Assembly: GCF_963921235.1 (NCBI RefSeq)
Contig: NC_086097.1
Location: 221,032,001-221,096,000 of the forward strand
Length of the DNA: 64,000 nt
Direction: 5' to 3'
Source: Mobula hypostoma
Lineage: Eukaryota
Below, one piece after another: positions 24,684 through 37,825 of the stretch (its first letter is position 1; each line of letters opens with the position of its first letter). A model generated the notes under the pieces. That model saw nothing but the letters and a program-made list of their open reading frames with translations, was not told the DNA's origin and did not search any database. The translations under genes were made by a program, and so were the position numbers.

Positions 24684-25421
24684 TTCTTAATTTGAGAAAA
24701 AAAGATATTACACAGGCAGGCCGTTTTTTCAGAAAATGCACGACGCCAGCTAAATCAGCAGAATTGTGAATCCTGCTGAACCCTACACCTAATGAAATGG
24801 ACTATTTGAAAGAAATAGCTCCGGAAATTATTTTCATGTATAATGATGTACTGCACACCATATTTATTATTAAGCACAAGACACTAAGTGCACCACACTA
24901 ATATTCATTGGTGTGGAAGACACAACCGTATTCAGAGCCCTGAACTGGCTGCAAATCCACCACCACAGGGGTCGTTTATGTGATTTGATAAAGTGCTCAA
25001 TTGCTGAACAAAGTGCAAAGTGTCGTGCTTAAAGAAAAACTTCGAAATTAGTTGAACTGTGGCATTAGTGCTCCCCCCTCAGCAGACTTGCTCAAGTTAA
25101 TATACCCGCAGAGAAAGATCCGATGAACTTGGTTTGGGAAGGATTTTGTAGTGTGAAGCTATTTAAGTTGAGTTGTTGTCCATTTCCCCTCACTGTGTGG
25201 AGTGGAATGTGACCAGAAAGCCTCTAAAAATAGCCATGAAACTATGGGCTGTGTAGACTGCTATTGTAAACTAGAAAGGAAGATTGGCTCGAAATTATGT
25301 TCCTTAAGCAGATCACTCTCTTAGTTTTCAAAAGAATTAGAATTAGAGCCCAGACATTAGTAAATATCCAGGAAGCCTGTTTATAAAAATAGGAGAGCGT
25401 CCAAACACTGCAGAAACTTAC

Positions 25422-25475
25422 CAGATGAAAAGTAAAGTCAAAACCAGGCTGGGAGCTCTCAGCAGGCCAGCTTCT
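25422..25475 (-). other. Candidate 54-nt exon of an unidentified host gene
   Basis: Minus strand ttctctttgtctttcattctctcccag|AGAAGC...CATCTG|gtaagt: long pyrimidine tract and perfect donor in non-repeat sequence. Confidence 0.5.
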
Positions 25476-26584
25476 CTGGGAGAGAATGAAAGACAAAGAG
25501 AATTTAAATTATAAAACAGTTACTTTACTATGAAGATACCCAGAATTCAACTTCCCTCTCTATGATTAAGAGAAACAATTACATTTCCTTGGCCCCACAG
25601 AGGCAGCATTTGCTGTTGCTAATGGAATAAATCTGGATTCATGGACCAAGGTTTTGTTTGGTTCTTATCTAGAAAAATGTTCCCTATGACTTCTGGAAAC
25701 CCTTAAAAAATTATATTTTCTTCAATCAGCTGTGGGATGACATGTACAAATTGTACATACCAACAAAAGATAACACATTTAATTCATGTTTCTTTCTTCA
25801 GTCATGCGTTCTTTTATTTTAACTGAAGTCAGTCTATTCACTCTTCTATATGCTGCTGCTTTTGCTGGTTGGTAGTGAAAAGTGAATATGGAATATAGGC
25901 CAAAGCTCTAGGAAAACCGTACTAAATACAGAAAGCATGATATGTGACTGCCATGGTCAGATGTCAGATTGGCAGAATGGCAGAGTGCATGAGGCCACCT
26001 CCACCCCCACCCCCCACCACCCCGGTTAGCAAATTGGTGGTTTCTGGAGTCAGAATTCTGTGTAGGCAGGAGGACCTAGTTCTGATGACCCCTGGGTTTG
26101 CAAATTACTGAGACTGGAGTCTGAGGCCTAATGTTTGGAGTCCGAAGTGTTCGCTGATCGCCATGTCCTGGGATCAATGACAAGAAGTGAGGCCAAAGTG
26201 TTGAATCAGAAGTCTGGAAGTCAAGTTCCAAGGCCGCCAATCTCTGAGTTCAGTGGGAGATTGAAGCTGAATACCTGCAGGTCTGAGTCCATGTCAGATG
26301 GAGGCTGGAGGCCTGTCTTGGGGTTAGAGTCTTGTGTTTGTACGTATGGGGAGTGGGGGAACGGGATATGTTTGTGTTGCTGTTGTTTTGCAGCTTGTTG
26401 TGTTCTATGTCACTCTGCTGAGTACCGTGGGCATGCTATATTGGCGCTGGAATGTGCAGCAACACTTGCGACCTGCCCTCTCGAGTGTGTTGGTTGTTAA
26501 TGCAAATGATGCACTTCACTGTGTTGTGATGTACACATGACAAATAACCTTGAATATTGAATCTTGAACTAGACCATTCTCAGT

Positions 26585-27386
26585 GAAGAAACCATAGAAA
26601 ACCATAGAAAAACTACAGCACAGAAACAGGCCTTTTGGCCCCTCTTGGCTGTGCTGAACCATTTTCTGCCTAGTCCCACTGACCTGCACACGGACCATAT
26701 CCCTCCATACACCTCCCATCCATGTATCTGTCCAACTTATTCTTAAATGGTAAAAAAGAACCCACAGTTACCACCTCATCTGGCAGCTCATTCCACACTC
26801 CCACTACTCTCTGTGTGAAGAAGCCCTCACTAATGTTCCCTTTAAACTTTTCCCCCTTCACACTTAAACCATGTCCTCTGCTTTTTTTCTCCCCTTGCCT
26901 CAGTGGAAAAAGCCTGCTTGCATTCACTCTATCTATACCCATCATAATTTTATATACCTCTATTAAATCTCCCCTCATTCTTCTACGCTCCAGGGAATAA
27001 AGTCCTAACCTATTCAACCTTTCTCTGTAACTGAGTTTCTCAAGTCCCGGCAACATCCTTGTAAACCTTCTCTGCACTCTTTCAATCTTATTTATATCCT
27101 TCCTGTAATTTGGTGACCAAAACTGAACACAATACTCCAGATTCGGCCTCACCAATGCCTTATACAACCTCATCATAACATTCCAGCTCTTATACTCAAT
27201 ACTTTGATTAATAAAGGCCAATGTACCAAAAGCTCTCTTTACGATCCTATCTACCTGTGATGCCACTTTTAGGGAATTTTGTATCTGTATTCCCAGATCC
27301 CTCTGTTCTACTGCACTCCTCAGTGCCTTACCATTTACCCTGTATGTTCTACCTTGGTTTGTCCTTCCAAAGTGCAATACCTCACA
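26585..27386 (-). mobile_element. CR1 LINE 3' fragment (second subfamily)
   Basis: ORF 26670-27431 with RDLGIQI, RPNLEYCVQFWSP, RGDLIEVYK; (GAAAACCATA)n tail. Confidence 0.93.
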
Positions 27387-27389
27387 CGT

Positions 27390-28400
27390 TGTCAAACTGG
27401 TGTGACTGTGTGTCAAACAAGGCTGTGCCATTGCCCAACATCTTTCTTAACCTTTCTTGCCACAATGTTGCATCTCACCTCCTGTAGGATTTAATTAGTT
27501 TGATGGGAAGTTGTTTAACTTAAAGTACGCAGATTTCAGAACCAACAGAGCTAATGCTATCCAAGCGTCAGTAGTTGAGTGTGGTGTGCAGATGATGCTT
27601 TCATTTGCACATACTCAAAGCTGATCTCCAAACGATTGTTGAGACCTTTCCTGCAAAACAAAGGTCCCCTGTCAACCTGCTTCCACTTTGCCACAAAAGC
27701 TGGAGGAACTCAGTGGGTCAGGCAGCATCTATGGAGAGGTATAAAGAGCTGATATTTCACACCGTGACTTTGATGAAGGATCTCGACTCAAAGTGTTGGC
27801 TTTTCTTCCTCACCATAGATGCTGCCTGGCTCGTTAAGTTCCTCCAGGACTTTTCGTGTGTTAATCTGGATTTCCAGCACCTGTAGAATCTCTTGTGTTC
27901 CACTCTATCACTCTGCCTTTTGCTTCACAGTGAGACTCTGAAAAATCCCACATACAGTACGGGGAGTCACCTCTTCGAAAAGGCACAGACTGACAATGAA
28001 ATTCACCACCACCTTCAATGCACCAGATTGCCTTTGGTCGATTAAGGAGAATGGCATTTACAGGTCTGGAACTCAGACCTGGTCAAACGGCAGCAGAGAC
28101 GATCGCCTTCCCATATCCTTCTGAGTCCTCGACCACCTACAGCAGCATCTTCATGCACTGGATTAACACCACCAATGCTGTAGCAAATTCACTGGGAGCA
28201 TAAGCAAGTCAATGTTGTATGCCTCCCAATCCATCATCTCCAGTTAAACTCAATTAACTTCAATTGGCAAGCAGCATTGTTCACACACACACAATGGACA
28301 TCCATTTCCTAGCTCTGTTTCAGGAAAAGGTTACTGAGAAAACAAAGGCAGAGGTATAAGGATATATCAACTTCTCCTCGAAGAAAAGCAACATCTCCAC
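27390..28400 (+). mobile_element. Old degraded RTE LINE with an embedded Penelope end (~27690-27900)
   Basis: Remnant motifs VKQGCAI, GKLFNL, ADDA, AFGRL; degenerate pLTR/hammerhead TTGATGAAGGATCTCG at ~27770. Confidence 0.55.
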
Positions 28401-30269
28401 TGACTCCCAGTGACACCCAGAAGCTCTGCATAAGTGGCGTAAGGATTGAAACACCACATAAACTATCACCTGTCCTATCAGCCACCATGCAGTCCATCTG
28501 TGGACGAGTCCAGATTGTCCAGTCCACCTCATTTGCCACCTCAGAATCCATAACACATGAATGGATGTAAGCCATCCTTGATCCCAAGGGACCTCTAAAG
28601 ACTGGGTGGATGAGAGGTGCAACGTTGAAGAGCCAGTGCTAGGTACAACCTATTGAAACAGACAAAGGCATTCAGAATATGTAAGAGGGAATGCATAAGG
28701 TAGAACTGGATTCATTACACTAACTGAGTATGATGGATGAGGCCAACATTTATTGGTTCCCAGTTGGCTCCCAAATGGAACTTTTTATTGTTTCATGCCT
28801 TTCCCTGATAACTGATGGTTGGTAGCAGTAGGAAAAGTTTAGTTTAAGCTGCCCCTGCTTTCTCCCCATAGTCTTGACTCACATTCCCAAAATGGAAAAG
28901 AACAACATTAGATGTAACTACTGCTGGAACTTATTTAATTTTATTAAAATCAAAAACATAGTGAAATAATTATGGCCAATGTAAAAGTCTGGTAAATGGA
29001 ATTAAAAAGAAGGAAAGTAATCCTCTTCATGCTCCATGAGGAATTTATCTGGGGACTAAACTTTCTGACATGAATCAGGCTGTATTTTATATAGCCATAA
29101 GCAATATATCACGCTGATAGAAACTGCACTTGCAAATTAGGAAGAAGTGGAAGATTTTTAACTGTAATAACAGCTTTATTCTGAAGATAAATATGAAAAA
29201 ATGAGTTAACTTTAAGGTAATTAAATGAATCAATCTTGTTGTTGCTGGGCTGAGACGACTATGCAAGCCAGATGGGATTCCTAGGGATTGTTACATTATT
29301 TGTATGTAGCCTGGCGTATGGTGGCACCAGTGAGCTCACATGAAAAGCATGCAGATTATCACCTAACTCTTCTTTGGTCTATGAAACAGTTTGAAAATAA
29401 ACATGAAGTGCAGTAATTGCTTCTTGGTTCAGATCAAATTCAATTTTCTTACGTACATGAATTCCTTTTAACCGTTGCCACTAATATGTCTACTGTCAGA
29501 AGCACTCTATAAAAACAGCAAGTTACAAGGGATTAAGCAGTGGTAAACTGCCACTTATCTAAGGACTGCAGCTTTATTTAAGTGGGAGGTAAATACCTTT
29601 GGACGAGGATATAAAGATAACATTAAAAACACAATTATTTAATTTTTTTTGCTAAATCCCTGAAAATTTTAACTTCAAAGATGTAGCATTCCAAATTTGT
29701 ATATGAAGTCTCCTATATTTATAAAACATTTGACATAATTAAATGCAAGTTCTAGCCTAATGAGCTTTCAAGTAAAAAAATCTGGCATTGATTATCAAAA
29801 TTATGAGCCAGCTATAGATGTGGTTAAATAAAAGGAATTTTTAACTGTCTTTCAGACTCTTTTGACATTTGATTGCCTTTTGGAAAGAACATGATCTAAA
29901 TTGGTTCACATGTGGCTTCTGTGGTATTTGGAATTGTATTCTGAATCAAGCATTTGTCTTTAATGCTCCGTTGTTAAATCACAGAACCCATATGAACAAA
30001 TTGCTCCTGTCAAAGACAGATTATACAATGAAAAGGGTTAATTATATGCAATCTGTTTCCCCAATGATCAGAGCAAAGTGCCAGTTTTAAAAAGCACTGG
30101 TTTTCCTCAGACGTAAGTACAATGGATATTCAAGATCTGATATTCTCCATAACATTTTAAGGCTTACTGAACTGCACACGTGGTAGAAGACGAGCGATGG
30201 AGAAAGCAAAAAATTTATTTTTTTCTTTTTAAGCCATTGGACTGACAACTCAAGAGCAGGGCGAACTGC

Positions 30270-30972
30270 CTTAACAACTATCACCCAGTAGCTGAAGTAC
30301 TTTGAGAGGCTGGTTATGGTCAGAAATAACTCATGTCTCTGCAAGTACCTGGATGCACTGCAGTTTGCCTGTCGCCACAAAAGGTCTATGGTGGACATGA
30401 TCTCATTAGCTCTTCACGTGGCTTTGGATCACCTGGACAATACAAATACCTATGTTAGGATGCTGTTTATTGACCACTGCTCAGCATTTAAAACAATCAT
30501 TCCCACAGTTCTGATCGAAAAGTTTCAGAACCTGGGCTTCTGTACCTCTCTTTGTAACTGGATCCTTGACTTCCTCACCGGAAGACCACAATCTGTACTT
30601 CCGCTATACCACGACTGTGTGGCTAGCCACAGCTCAAATACCATCTATAATTTTGCTGATGATACAACCATTGTTGGCAGATTTTCAGATGGTGACAAGA
30701 GGGTGTACAGGAGCGAGATAGATCAGCTACTGAGTGGTGCCCAGCAGCAACCTTGCACTCAGTGTCAGGAAGATCAAATAACTGATTGTGGGCTTCAGAG
30801 AGGATAAGAGGAGAGGCCATACACCAGTCCTCCTAGAGGGATCAGAAGCGGAAATTATGAACAATTTTCAAGTTCCTGGGCGTCAATATTTCTGAGGATC
30901 TAACCTGGGCTCATCATATCGAAGCAGCTACAAAGAAGGCATGGCAGTGGCTATACTTTACTGGGAGTTTGA
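30270..30972 (+). mobile_element. Rex1/Babar LINE RT fragment
   Basis: [56 protein letters not shown]. Confidence 0.88.
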
Positions 30973-31430
30973 GAACATAGAACACAGAAATCTACTGCAG
31001 ATTACCGGCCCTTTGGCCCATAATATTGTGCCGACCATGTAACCTACTCTAGAGACTGCCTAGAATTTCCCTAGCGCCTAGCTCTCTATTTTTCTAAGCT
31101 CCATGTACCTATCTAACAGGCTCTTAAAAGAACCTATTGTATCCGCTTCCACCACCACCGGCAGTGCACTCCACGCACCCACCACTCTGTAAAAAAACCT
31201 ACCCCTGACATCAACTCGGTACCTATTTCCAAGCACCTTAAAACTATGTCCCCTTGTGTTATCCATTTCAGCCCTGGGAAAACGCCTCTGCCTATCCACA
31301 CGATCAATGTCCTTCACCTCATTAGACACCTCTATCAGGTCACCCCTTAATCTCCGTTGTTCCAAGGAAAAAAGGCCAAGTTCACTCAACCTATTCTCAT
31401 AAGGCATGCTCTTCAGTCCAGGCAACATCA
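30973..31430 (-). mobile_element. CR1 3' fragment
   Basis: MLPGLKSMPYENRLSELGLFSLEQRRLRGDLIEV. Confidence 0.88.
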
Positions 31431-31444
31431 AGCAGAGTTGAAGT

Positions 31445-32165
31445 GGGTGGCTACTGGGAGATACACCTCCTGTCTTGCCACCATTCAGGGCCCCAAACAG
31501 TCCTTATAGGTGAGGCAACACTTCACTTGTGAGTCTGTTGGGGTCATCTATCGCATCTGGTGCTCCCGTTGCGGCCGCTTGGGGGACCGCTTCGTCGAGC
31601 ACCTCCGTTCTGTCCGCCACAACAGACAGGATCTCCCAGTAGCCACCAACTTCAACTCTGCTTCCCATTCGCATTCAGATATGTCCATACATGGCCTCCT
31701 CTACTGCCATGTTGAGGCTAAACTCAGGTTGGAGGAGCAACACCTCATATACCGTCTAGGTAGTCTCCAGCCCCTTGGTATGAACATAGAATTCTCCAAC
31801 TTCTGGTAATTCCCTCCCCCTCCCTTCCCCCATCCCTATTTCACTCTGCCCCCTCCCCCAGCTGCCTATCACCTCCCTCATGGTTCTGCCTCCTTCTACT
31901 ACCCACTGTGTTTTCCCCTATTCTTTCTTCACCTTTCCTGCCTATCCCCTCCCTGCCTCCCTTCCTCCACCCCTTTATCTTTCCCCTTACTGGTTTTTCA
32001 CCTGGAACCTACCAGCCTTCTCCTTCCCACCCTCCCCCCACCTTCTTTATAGGGCCTCTGCCCCTTCCCTCTACAGTCCTGACGAAGGGTTCTGGTCTGA
32101 AACGTCGACTCGTCGTTTCCACGGATGCTGCCCGACCTGCTGAGTTCCTCTAGTGTGTTGTGAGT
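31445..32165 (+). mobile_element. Penelope-like element 3' part (GIY-YIG remnant + pLTR)
   Basis: FTCESVGVIYRIWCSRCG..LGDRFVEH..RLEEQHLIYRLGSLQPLGMNIEF; hammerhead at 32075-32110. Confidence 0.9.
32075..32110 (+). ncRNA. Minimal hammerhead ribozyme motif
   Basis: AGTC-CTGACGA-stem II-GAAA-C-GTC-GACT. Confidence 0.65.
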
Positions 32166-33387
32166 GGACTTTTAACGTTGTAAACCAGTGAGCTGTCTGT
32201 TATGTCTCCCCTCTGGCTGTGAAATGGAGACATCTCTTTCTCCCTTATTAGGGAGAGAGTGAGCCTGTGGTATGTTGAATACCTAAGGAATGAGTAGTCT
32301 TTGGAGTACTGCAAGTCTCTGTCTTTGCTCACACTTGAATGCTTGGTGGTGGGCGCCAATGCTTTTATTGTCTGTGGGGAAGGGGTGGGGATCGTTGCTT
32401 GCTGCTGCTTACGCGTGGGGGGGGGGATGGAGATTGACTTTGGGGTTCTAATATTTAACAGTCAATCATTCTTTGAGAGCACTCCTTTGTTTTTTGTGGA
32501 CGATTGCGAAGAAAAAGCATTTCAGGATGTATATTGTATACAGTTCTCTGACATTAAATATACCTTTGAAACTTTTGAAACACCCTTTGTCTTCTGTGGG
32601 CAAGCCAATTCTGTATCCACAAAGCAAGGCCCCCATGGATCCTATGCCTCCTTACTTTCTGAAGAAGCCTCGCATGGGGAACCATATCAAATGCCTTGCT
32701 GAAATCCATATACTCTACATCCACTGCTCAACAAATTTCGTGACATATGCTGGTGATATTAAGACTGATTATGATTCAGTTGAGTGTTTGGGAATCAGCT
32801 GATACTGTGCAACTGGAGGAATCAGGGCTCTCAAAACTTTAAATGGTACTGTGTGTTGACAATACATTTAGCTTCATTTCATCAACTTGATTCCATTTCT
32901 GACTGTAGTGGTTCTGTGAGGTCAAAGTAAATTGATGTTTCCTGTTGAATTAATTAGTCTGAATTTTAATGAAGTTTTTAAACAAATTATTTTGTTTAAA
33001 AACCTCTAAAATTTCACCAGTGCACAGAATACTAGTTTTGAACTAAAGGTGATGCTTTGACTTTCAATGGACAATTCCATAAAGAATTTATTACATTCCA
33101 ATATAGCTTATAAAATTACATTTTTGGAAGGTGTTTTTGAAATTTTGAGTTGGTGAGTTTGGAAAAATATTTCAACAAGCACCTGGAGAGTAGTAACTGC
33201 AGATTGGCAAAATAGAGAAATCACAGTTCGCGGAGGTTTTATGCTTTTCAATGAAATCTACATCATAGCTTCCAAAAGAGTTTAATATTACACATTTTTA
33301 AGTTCTTACAAAGTCTTTGCATTCTTAGAATTAGTTTTTTAATCCCTGTACCAAAATTAATTACTACAAAGGGACTGAAACTCTGTT

Positions 33388-33795
33388 AGACCATAAGACC
33401 ATAAAACCATAAGATATAAGAGCAGAATTAGGCCATTTGGCCGACTCTGATCTGCCATTTCATCATGGTTGATCCAATTTTCCTCTCAGCCCCAATCTCC
33501 TGCTTTCTCCTATATCCCTTTATCCTCTGACCAATCAAGAATCTATCAACCTCTACCTTAAATATACATAAAGACTTGGCCTCCACAGCTGCCTATGGCA
33601 AAGAATTCCATAGATTCTCCACCCTCTGGCTAGAGAAATCCCTCCTTTTCCCCGTTCTAAAAGGACGCCCCTCTACTCAGAGTCTGTGTCCTCTGGTCTT
33701 AGACTCTCCCACCACCATTGGAAACATCCTCTCCACGTCCATGTCCACCATTCGATAGGTTTCAATGAGGTCACCCCTCATTCTTCTGAATTCTG
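33388..33795 (-). mobile_element. CR1 3' fragment
   Basis: (AAGACCAT)n tail and ORF2 C-terminal remnant. Confidence 0.85.
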
Positions 33796-34119
33796 TTGCT
33801 ACAGGTCATCTACCTAACGCTGTAATAAACTTTGCTGGAGTGAATTCAATTACTGTGTAGTGTTTCCAATCAGATTTATGATTATACTATTATATGGTCA
33901 AAATTTTTTAAGGATGCACTTCATGCCATGTCAAACCCTCCCAAATAAGCTAAGGAAAACAGGAATCACATCTTTATTATGCCAAAGTAAATACCCTCAA
34001 TTAATTTATCTTAACTTGGACAATGTTAGAATATTTGACAACAGATTGTAAGTAATTTGAGAAATAAACCTATGGTTCTCATACTAACTGATCAAAAGTC
34101 AGCAAGTTTTTCCATAGGG

Positions 34120-35057
34120 AAACACATATCAAAGTTGCTGGTGAACGCAGCAGGCCAGGCAGCATCTCTAGGAAGAGGTACAGTCGACGTTTCAGGCCGA
34201 GACCCTTCGTCAGGACTAACTGAAGGAAGAGATAGTAAGGGATTTGAAAGTGGGAGGGGGAGGGGGAGATCCAAAATGATAGAAGAAGATAGGAGGGGGA
34301 GGGATGGAGCCAAGAGCTGGACAGGTGATTGGCAAAGGGGATATGAGAGGATCATGGGACAGGAGGTCCGGGGAGAAAGACAAGGGGGGGGGGGAATCCC
34401 GAGGATGGGCAAGGGGTATAGTCAGAGAGACAGAGGGAGAAAAAGGAGAGTGCGAGAAAGAATGTGTGTATATAAATAACGGATGGCTACGAGGGGGAGG
34501 TGGGGCATTAGCGGAAGTTAGAGAAGTCAATGTTCATGCCATCAGGTTGGAGGCTACCCAGACAGAATATAAGGTGTTGTTCCTCCAACCTGAGTGTGGC
34601 TTCATCTTTACAGTAGAGGAGGCCATGGATAGACATGTCAGAATGGGAATGGGATGTGGAATTAAAATGTGTGGCCACTGGGAGATCCTGCTTTCTCTGG
34701 CCGACAGAGTGTAGGTGTTCAGCAAAGCGGTCTCCCAGTCTGCGTCGGGTCTCGCCAATATATAAAAGGCCAAATCGGGAGCACCGGACGCAGTATATCA
34801 CCCCAGCCGACTCACAGGTAAAGTGTCGCCTCACCTGGAAGGACTGTCTGGGCCCCTGAATGGTGGTAAGGGAGGAAGTGTAAGGGCATGTGTAGCACTT
34901 GTTCCGCTTACAAGGATAAGTGCCAGGAGGGAGATCAGTGGGGAGGGATGGGGGGGATGAATGGACAAGGGAGTCGCGTAGGGAGCGATCCCTGCGGAAA
35001 GCAGAGGGAGGGGGAGGGAAAGATGTGCTTAGTGGTGGGATCCCATTGGAAGTGGCA
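34120..35057 (-). mobile_element. Penelope-like element family B, 5'-truncated, with open GIY-YIG domain
   Basis: CKRNKCYTC..VIYCVRCSRFGLLYIGETRRRLGDRFAEH..RLEEQHLIF..GMNIDF; 9-bp TSD TCCATAGGG (34111-34119, 35058-35066). Confidence 0.93.
34182..34217 (-). ncRNA. Minimal hammerhead ribozyme motif
   Basis: AGTC CTGACGA AGGGTCTCGGCCT GAAA CGTC GACT on the minus strand. Confidence 0.75.
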
Positions 35058-35066
35058 TCCATAGGG

Positions 35067-35703
35067 CGTTTGGTGTGCTGACATTCATCAATCATGTGAT
35101 TGAGTTCAAGAGCTGTAAGGTAATGTTACAGCTATATAAGACCTTGGTCAGACCCCAAATGGAGTACTGTGTACTGTTCTGGTCACCTCACTATAGGAAG
35201 AATGTGGATACTATAGAGAGAGTGCAGAGGAGATTTACAAGGATGTTGCCTGGATTGGAGGGTGTATCTTATGAGAATAGGTTGAGTGTACTTGGCCTTT
35301 TCTTCTTGGAGCGACAAAGGATGAGAGGTGACCTGGTAGAGGTGTATAAGATGATGAGAGGCATTGATTGTGTGGATTGCCAGAGGCTTTTTCCCAGGGC
35401 TGAAATGGCTAACACGAGGGTGCATAGTTTTAGGTTGCTTGGAAATAGGTACGGAGGGGATGTCAGAGGTAAGTTTTTCACACAGAGAGTGGTGGGTGTG
35501 TGGAATGCACTGCTGGCAGCAGCGGTGGTGGAAGAGGATACAATAGGGTCCTTTAAGAGCCTCTTAGATTGGTATGTGGAGCTTAGAAGAATAGAGGGCT
35601 ATGTACTAAGGAAATTCTAGGCAGTTTCAAGAGTAGGTTACATGGTCAGCACAACATTGTGGGCTGAAGGGCCTGTAATGTGCTGTAGATTTCTATGCTC
35701 TAT
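35067..35703 (+). mobile_element. CR1 3' fragment
   Basis: LYKTLVRPQMEYCVLFWSPHY..RGDLVEVYK..FFTQRVVGVWN. Confidence 0.92.
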
Positions 35704-35756
35704 GTATATCTCACCCTGTTACTTCAATGAATTAGTCCAGTAACTAAAGTACCTCA

Positions 35757-36480
35757 AACACAAGGAAATCTGCAGATGCTGGAATTTCAAGCAACACACA
35801 TAAAAGTTGCTGGTGAACGCAGCAGGCCAGGCAGCATCTCTAGGAAGAGGTACAGTCGACGTTTCAGGCCGAGACCCTTCATCAGGACTAACTGAAAGAA
35901 GATATAGTAAGAGATTTGAAAGTGGAAGGGGGAGAGGGAGATCCAAAATGATAGGAGAAGACAGGAGGGGGAGGGATGGAGCCCAGAGCTGGACAGTTGA
36001 TTGGCAAAAGGGATATGAGAGGATCATAGGACGGGAGGCCTAGGGAGAAAGAAAGGGGGAGGGGGGAAGCCCAGAGGATGGGCAAGGAGTATAGTGAGAG
36101 GGACAGAGGGAGAAAAAGGAGAGAGAGAGAGAAAAAGAATATATATATATATAATAAATAAATAACAGATGGGGTACGAGGGGGAGGTGGGGCATTAATG
36201 GAAGTTAGAGAAGTCAATGTTCATGCCATCAGGTTGGAGGCTACCCAGACGGAATATAAGGTGTTGTTCCTCCAACCTGAGTGTGGCTTCATCTTTATAG
36301 TAGAGGAGGCCGTGGATAGACATAACAGAATGGGAATGGGACGTGGAATTAAAATGTGTGGCCACTGGGAGATCCTGCTTTCTCTGGCGGACAGAGCATA
36401 GGTGTTCAGCGAAACGGTCTCCCAGTCTGCGTCGAGTCTTGCCAATATATAGAAGGCGGCATCGGGAGCACCGGACGCAG
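35757..36480 (-). mobile_element. Penelope-like element family B, 5'-truncated
   Basis: YCVRCSRCRLLYIGKTRRRLGDRFAEH; 16-bp TSD TAACTAAAGTACCTCA (35741-35756, 36481-36496). Confidence 0.93.
35854..35889 (-). ncRNA. Minimal hammerhead ribozyme motif (canonical CUGAUGA core)
   Basis: AGTC CTGATGA AGGGTCTCGGCCT GAAA CGTC GACT. Confidence 0.78.
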
Positions 36481-36509
36481 TAACTAAAGTACCTCACTCT
36501 GATTCAGAC

Positions 36510-36930
36510 TGCTCAGTAGAGTAGTATCTGTACATAAGGTGACTGACAGGAAATGATAAAGTAGTGGTGGTGAGGGGTATGGTAGGGTGGGTGGGTGTAG
36601 GTGTTGATCAGCCTGATGACTTAGGGGAGGTAACTGTTTTTGGGTTTGGTCGTCCTGGCATGGATGCTGCGTAGCCTCTTCCCAGATGGATGTGGGCCAA
36701 ACAGTCCATAAGCAGGATGGGTGGGATCCTTGATATTTCTGACCTTTATCCAGCACCTTTCTATATATATGTCCCTGATGGCGATTAGGCTGGTGTATTT
36801 TTAGCTACCTATCGTAGAGCCCTCCTGTCTGCCACTGTGGAATTTCTTCACTAAGAGGGTAGGCGGTTTCAATGCGATGCAACACATTAGGCTACTCTTG
36901 ACTGTGCATCTATTGAAGGTCATGAGAATT
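36510..36930 (-). mobile_element. Rex1/Babar 3' fragment
   Basis: Minus strand reads HPAYGLFGPHPSGKRLRSIHARTTKPKNSYLP, resembling the Rex1 ORF end. Confidence 0.65.
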
Positions 36931-37309
36931 CTAACGTTCCCTCCACACTGACACATATTGTGTGTCTTGTACAAAATCCATGACAGCTAGTCCCCCAGAT
37001 AGCATCACCCAAATCTGTGTTCACTACCACCAAGCTCAATAAAGGCAGCGGGTACAGAGGGACATGGGGGACACCATGAGTGGCAGTTCTCCTGCAAGTT
37101 ACATCATCCTGACTTGAAAATACACCACTGGTCCTTCACATTGCTAAGGAAAGAATTTGAGAATCCTGGAGATCTGTACACAACAGCATGTAGTAACACC
37201 TTCAACAGCAGGCCAGCAGGGAGGAACAACAGGAGAGTGGAACAGCAGCACTACAAATAGCACATCTGCCTCTCAGCGTCAGAGACGTGGATATATTCTC
37301 GACCTCAGG

Positions 37310-37710
37310 TGATGCCATAGAGTCAGAGAGTACAGCACAGGAAGAGGCACATCTAGTCCATGCTGAACCATTTAAACTGCCTACTCCCATCAACCTGCAC
37401 CAGGACCATAGCCCTCTATAACCCTCCCATCCATGTGCCTATCCAAACTTCCCTTAAACATTGGAATCAAGCTCACATGTACCTCTTGCATTGGCAGTTC
37501 GTTTCACACTCTCACAACCCGCTTCGTGAAGAAGTTTCCCCTCATGTTCTCCTTACACTTCTCACCTTTCACCCTTAACCTATGACTTCTAGCTGTAGTC
37601 CTATCCAACCTCAGTGGAAAAGGCTGCATGCACTTACACTATCTATACCCCTCATAATTTTGTATACCTTTATCAAATCTCCTCTTAATCTGCTATGTCC
37701 CAAGGAATAA
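37310..37710 (-). mobile_element. CR1 3' fragment
   Basis: RLRGDLIKVYKIMRGID. Confidence 0.8.
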
Positions 37711-37825
37711 AGTTTGTGTGGTGTTTGCGCATTCTCCCTGTAACAATGTGTATTTCTTCCAGGTGGACCCAGATGCCAAATCTGAGGATGGTTGAGGTGA
37801 ATATGGGAGAATGAAACAAAATATG

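Noticed and set aside
34057..34479. Recurrent ORFs LLVNAAGQAASLGRGTVDVSGRDPSSGL (also 20329, 35807, 45012, 58936, 60009) as a small-protein family
   Set aside because: They are antisense readings of the same non-coding Penelope pLTR, with inconsistent starts and stops.
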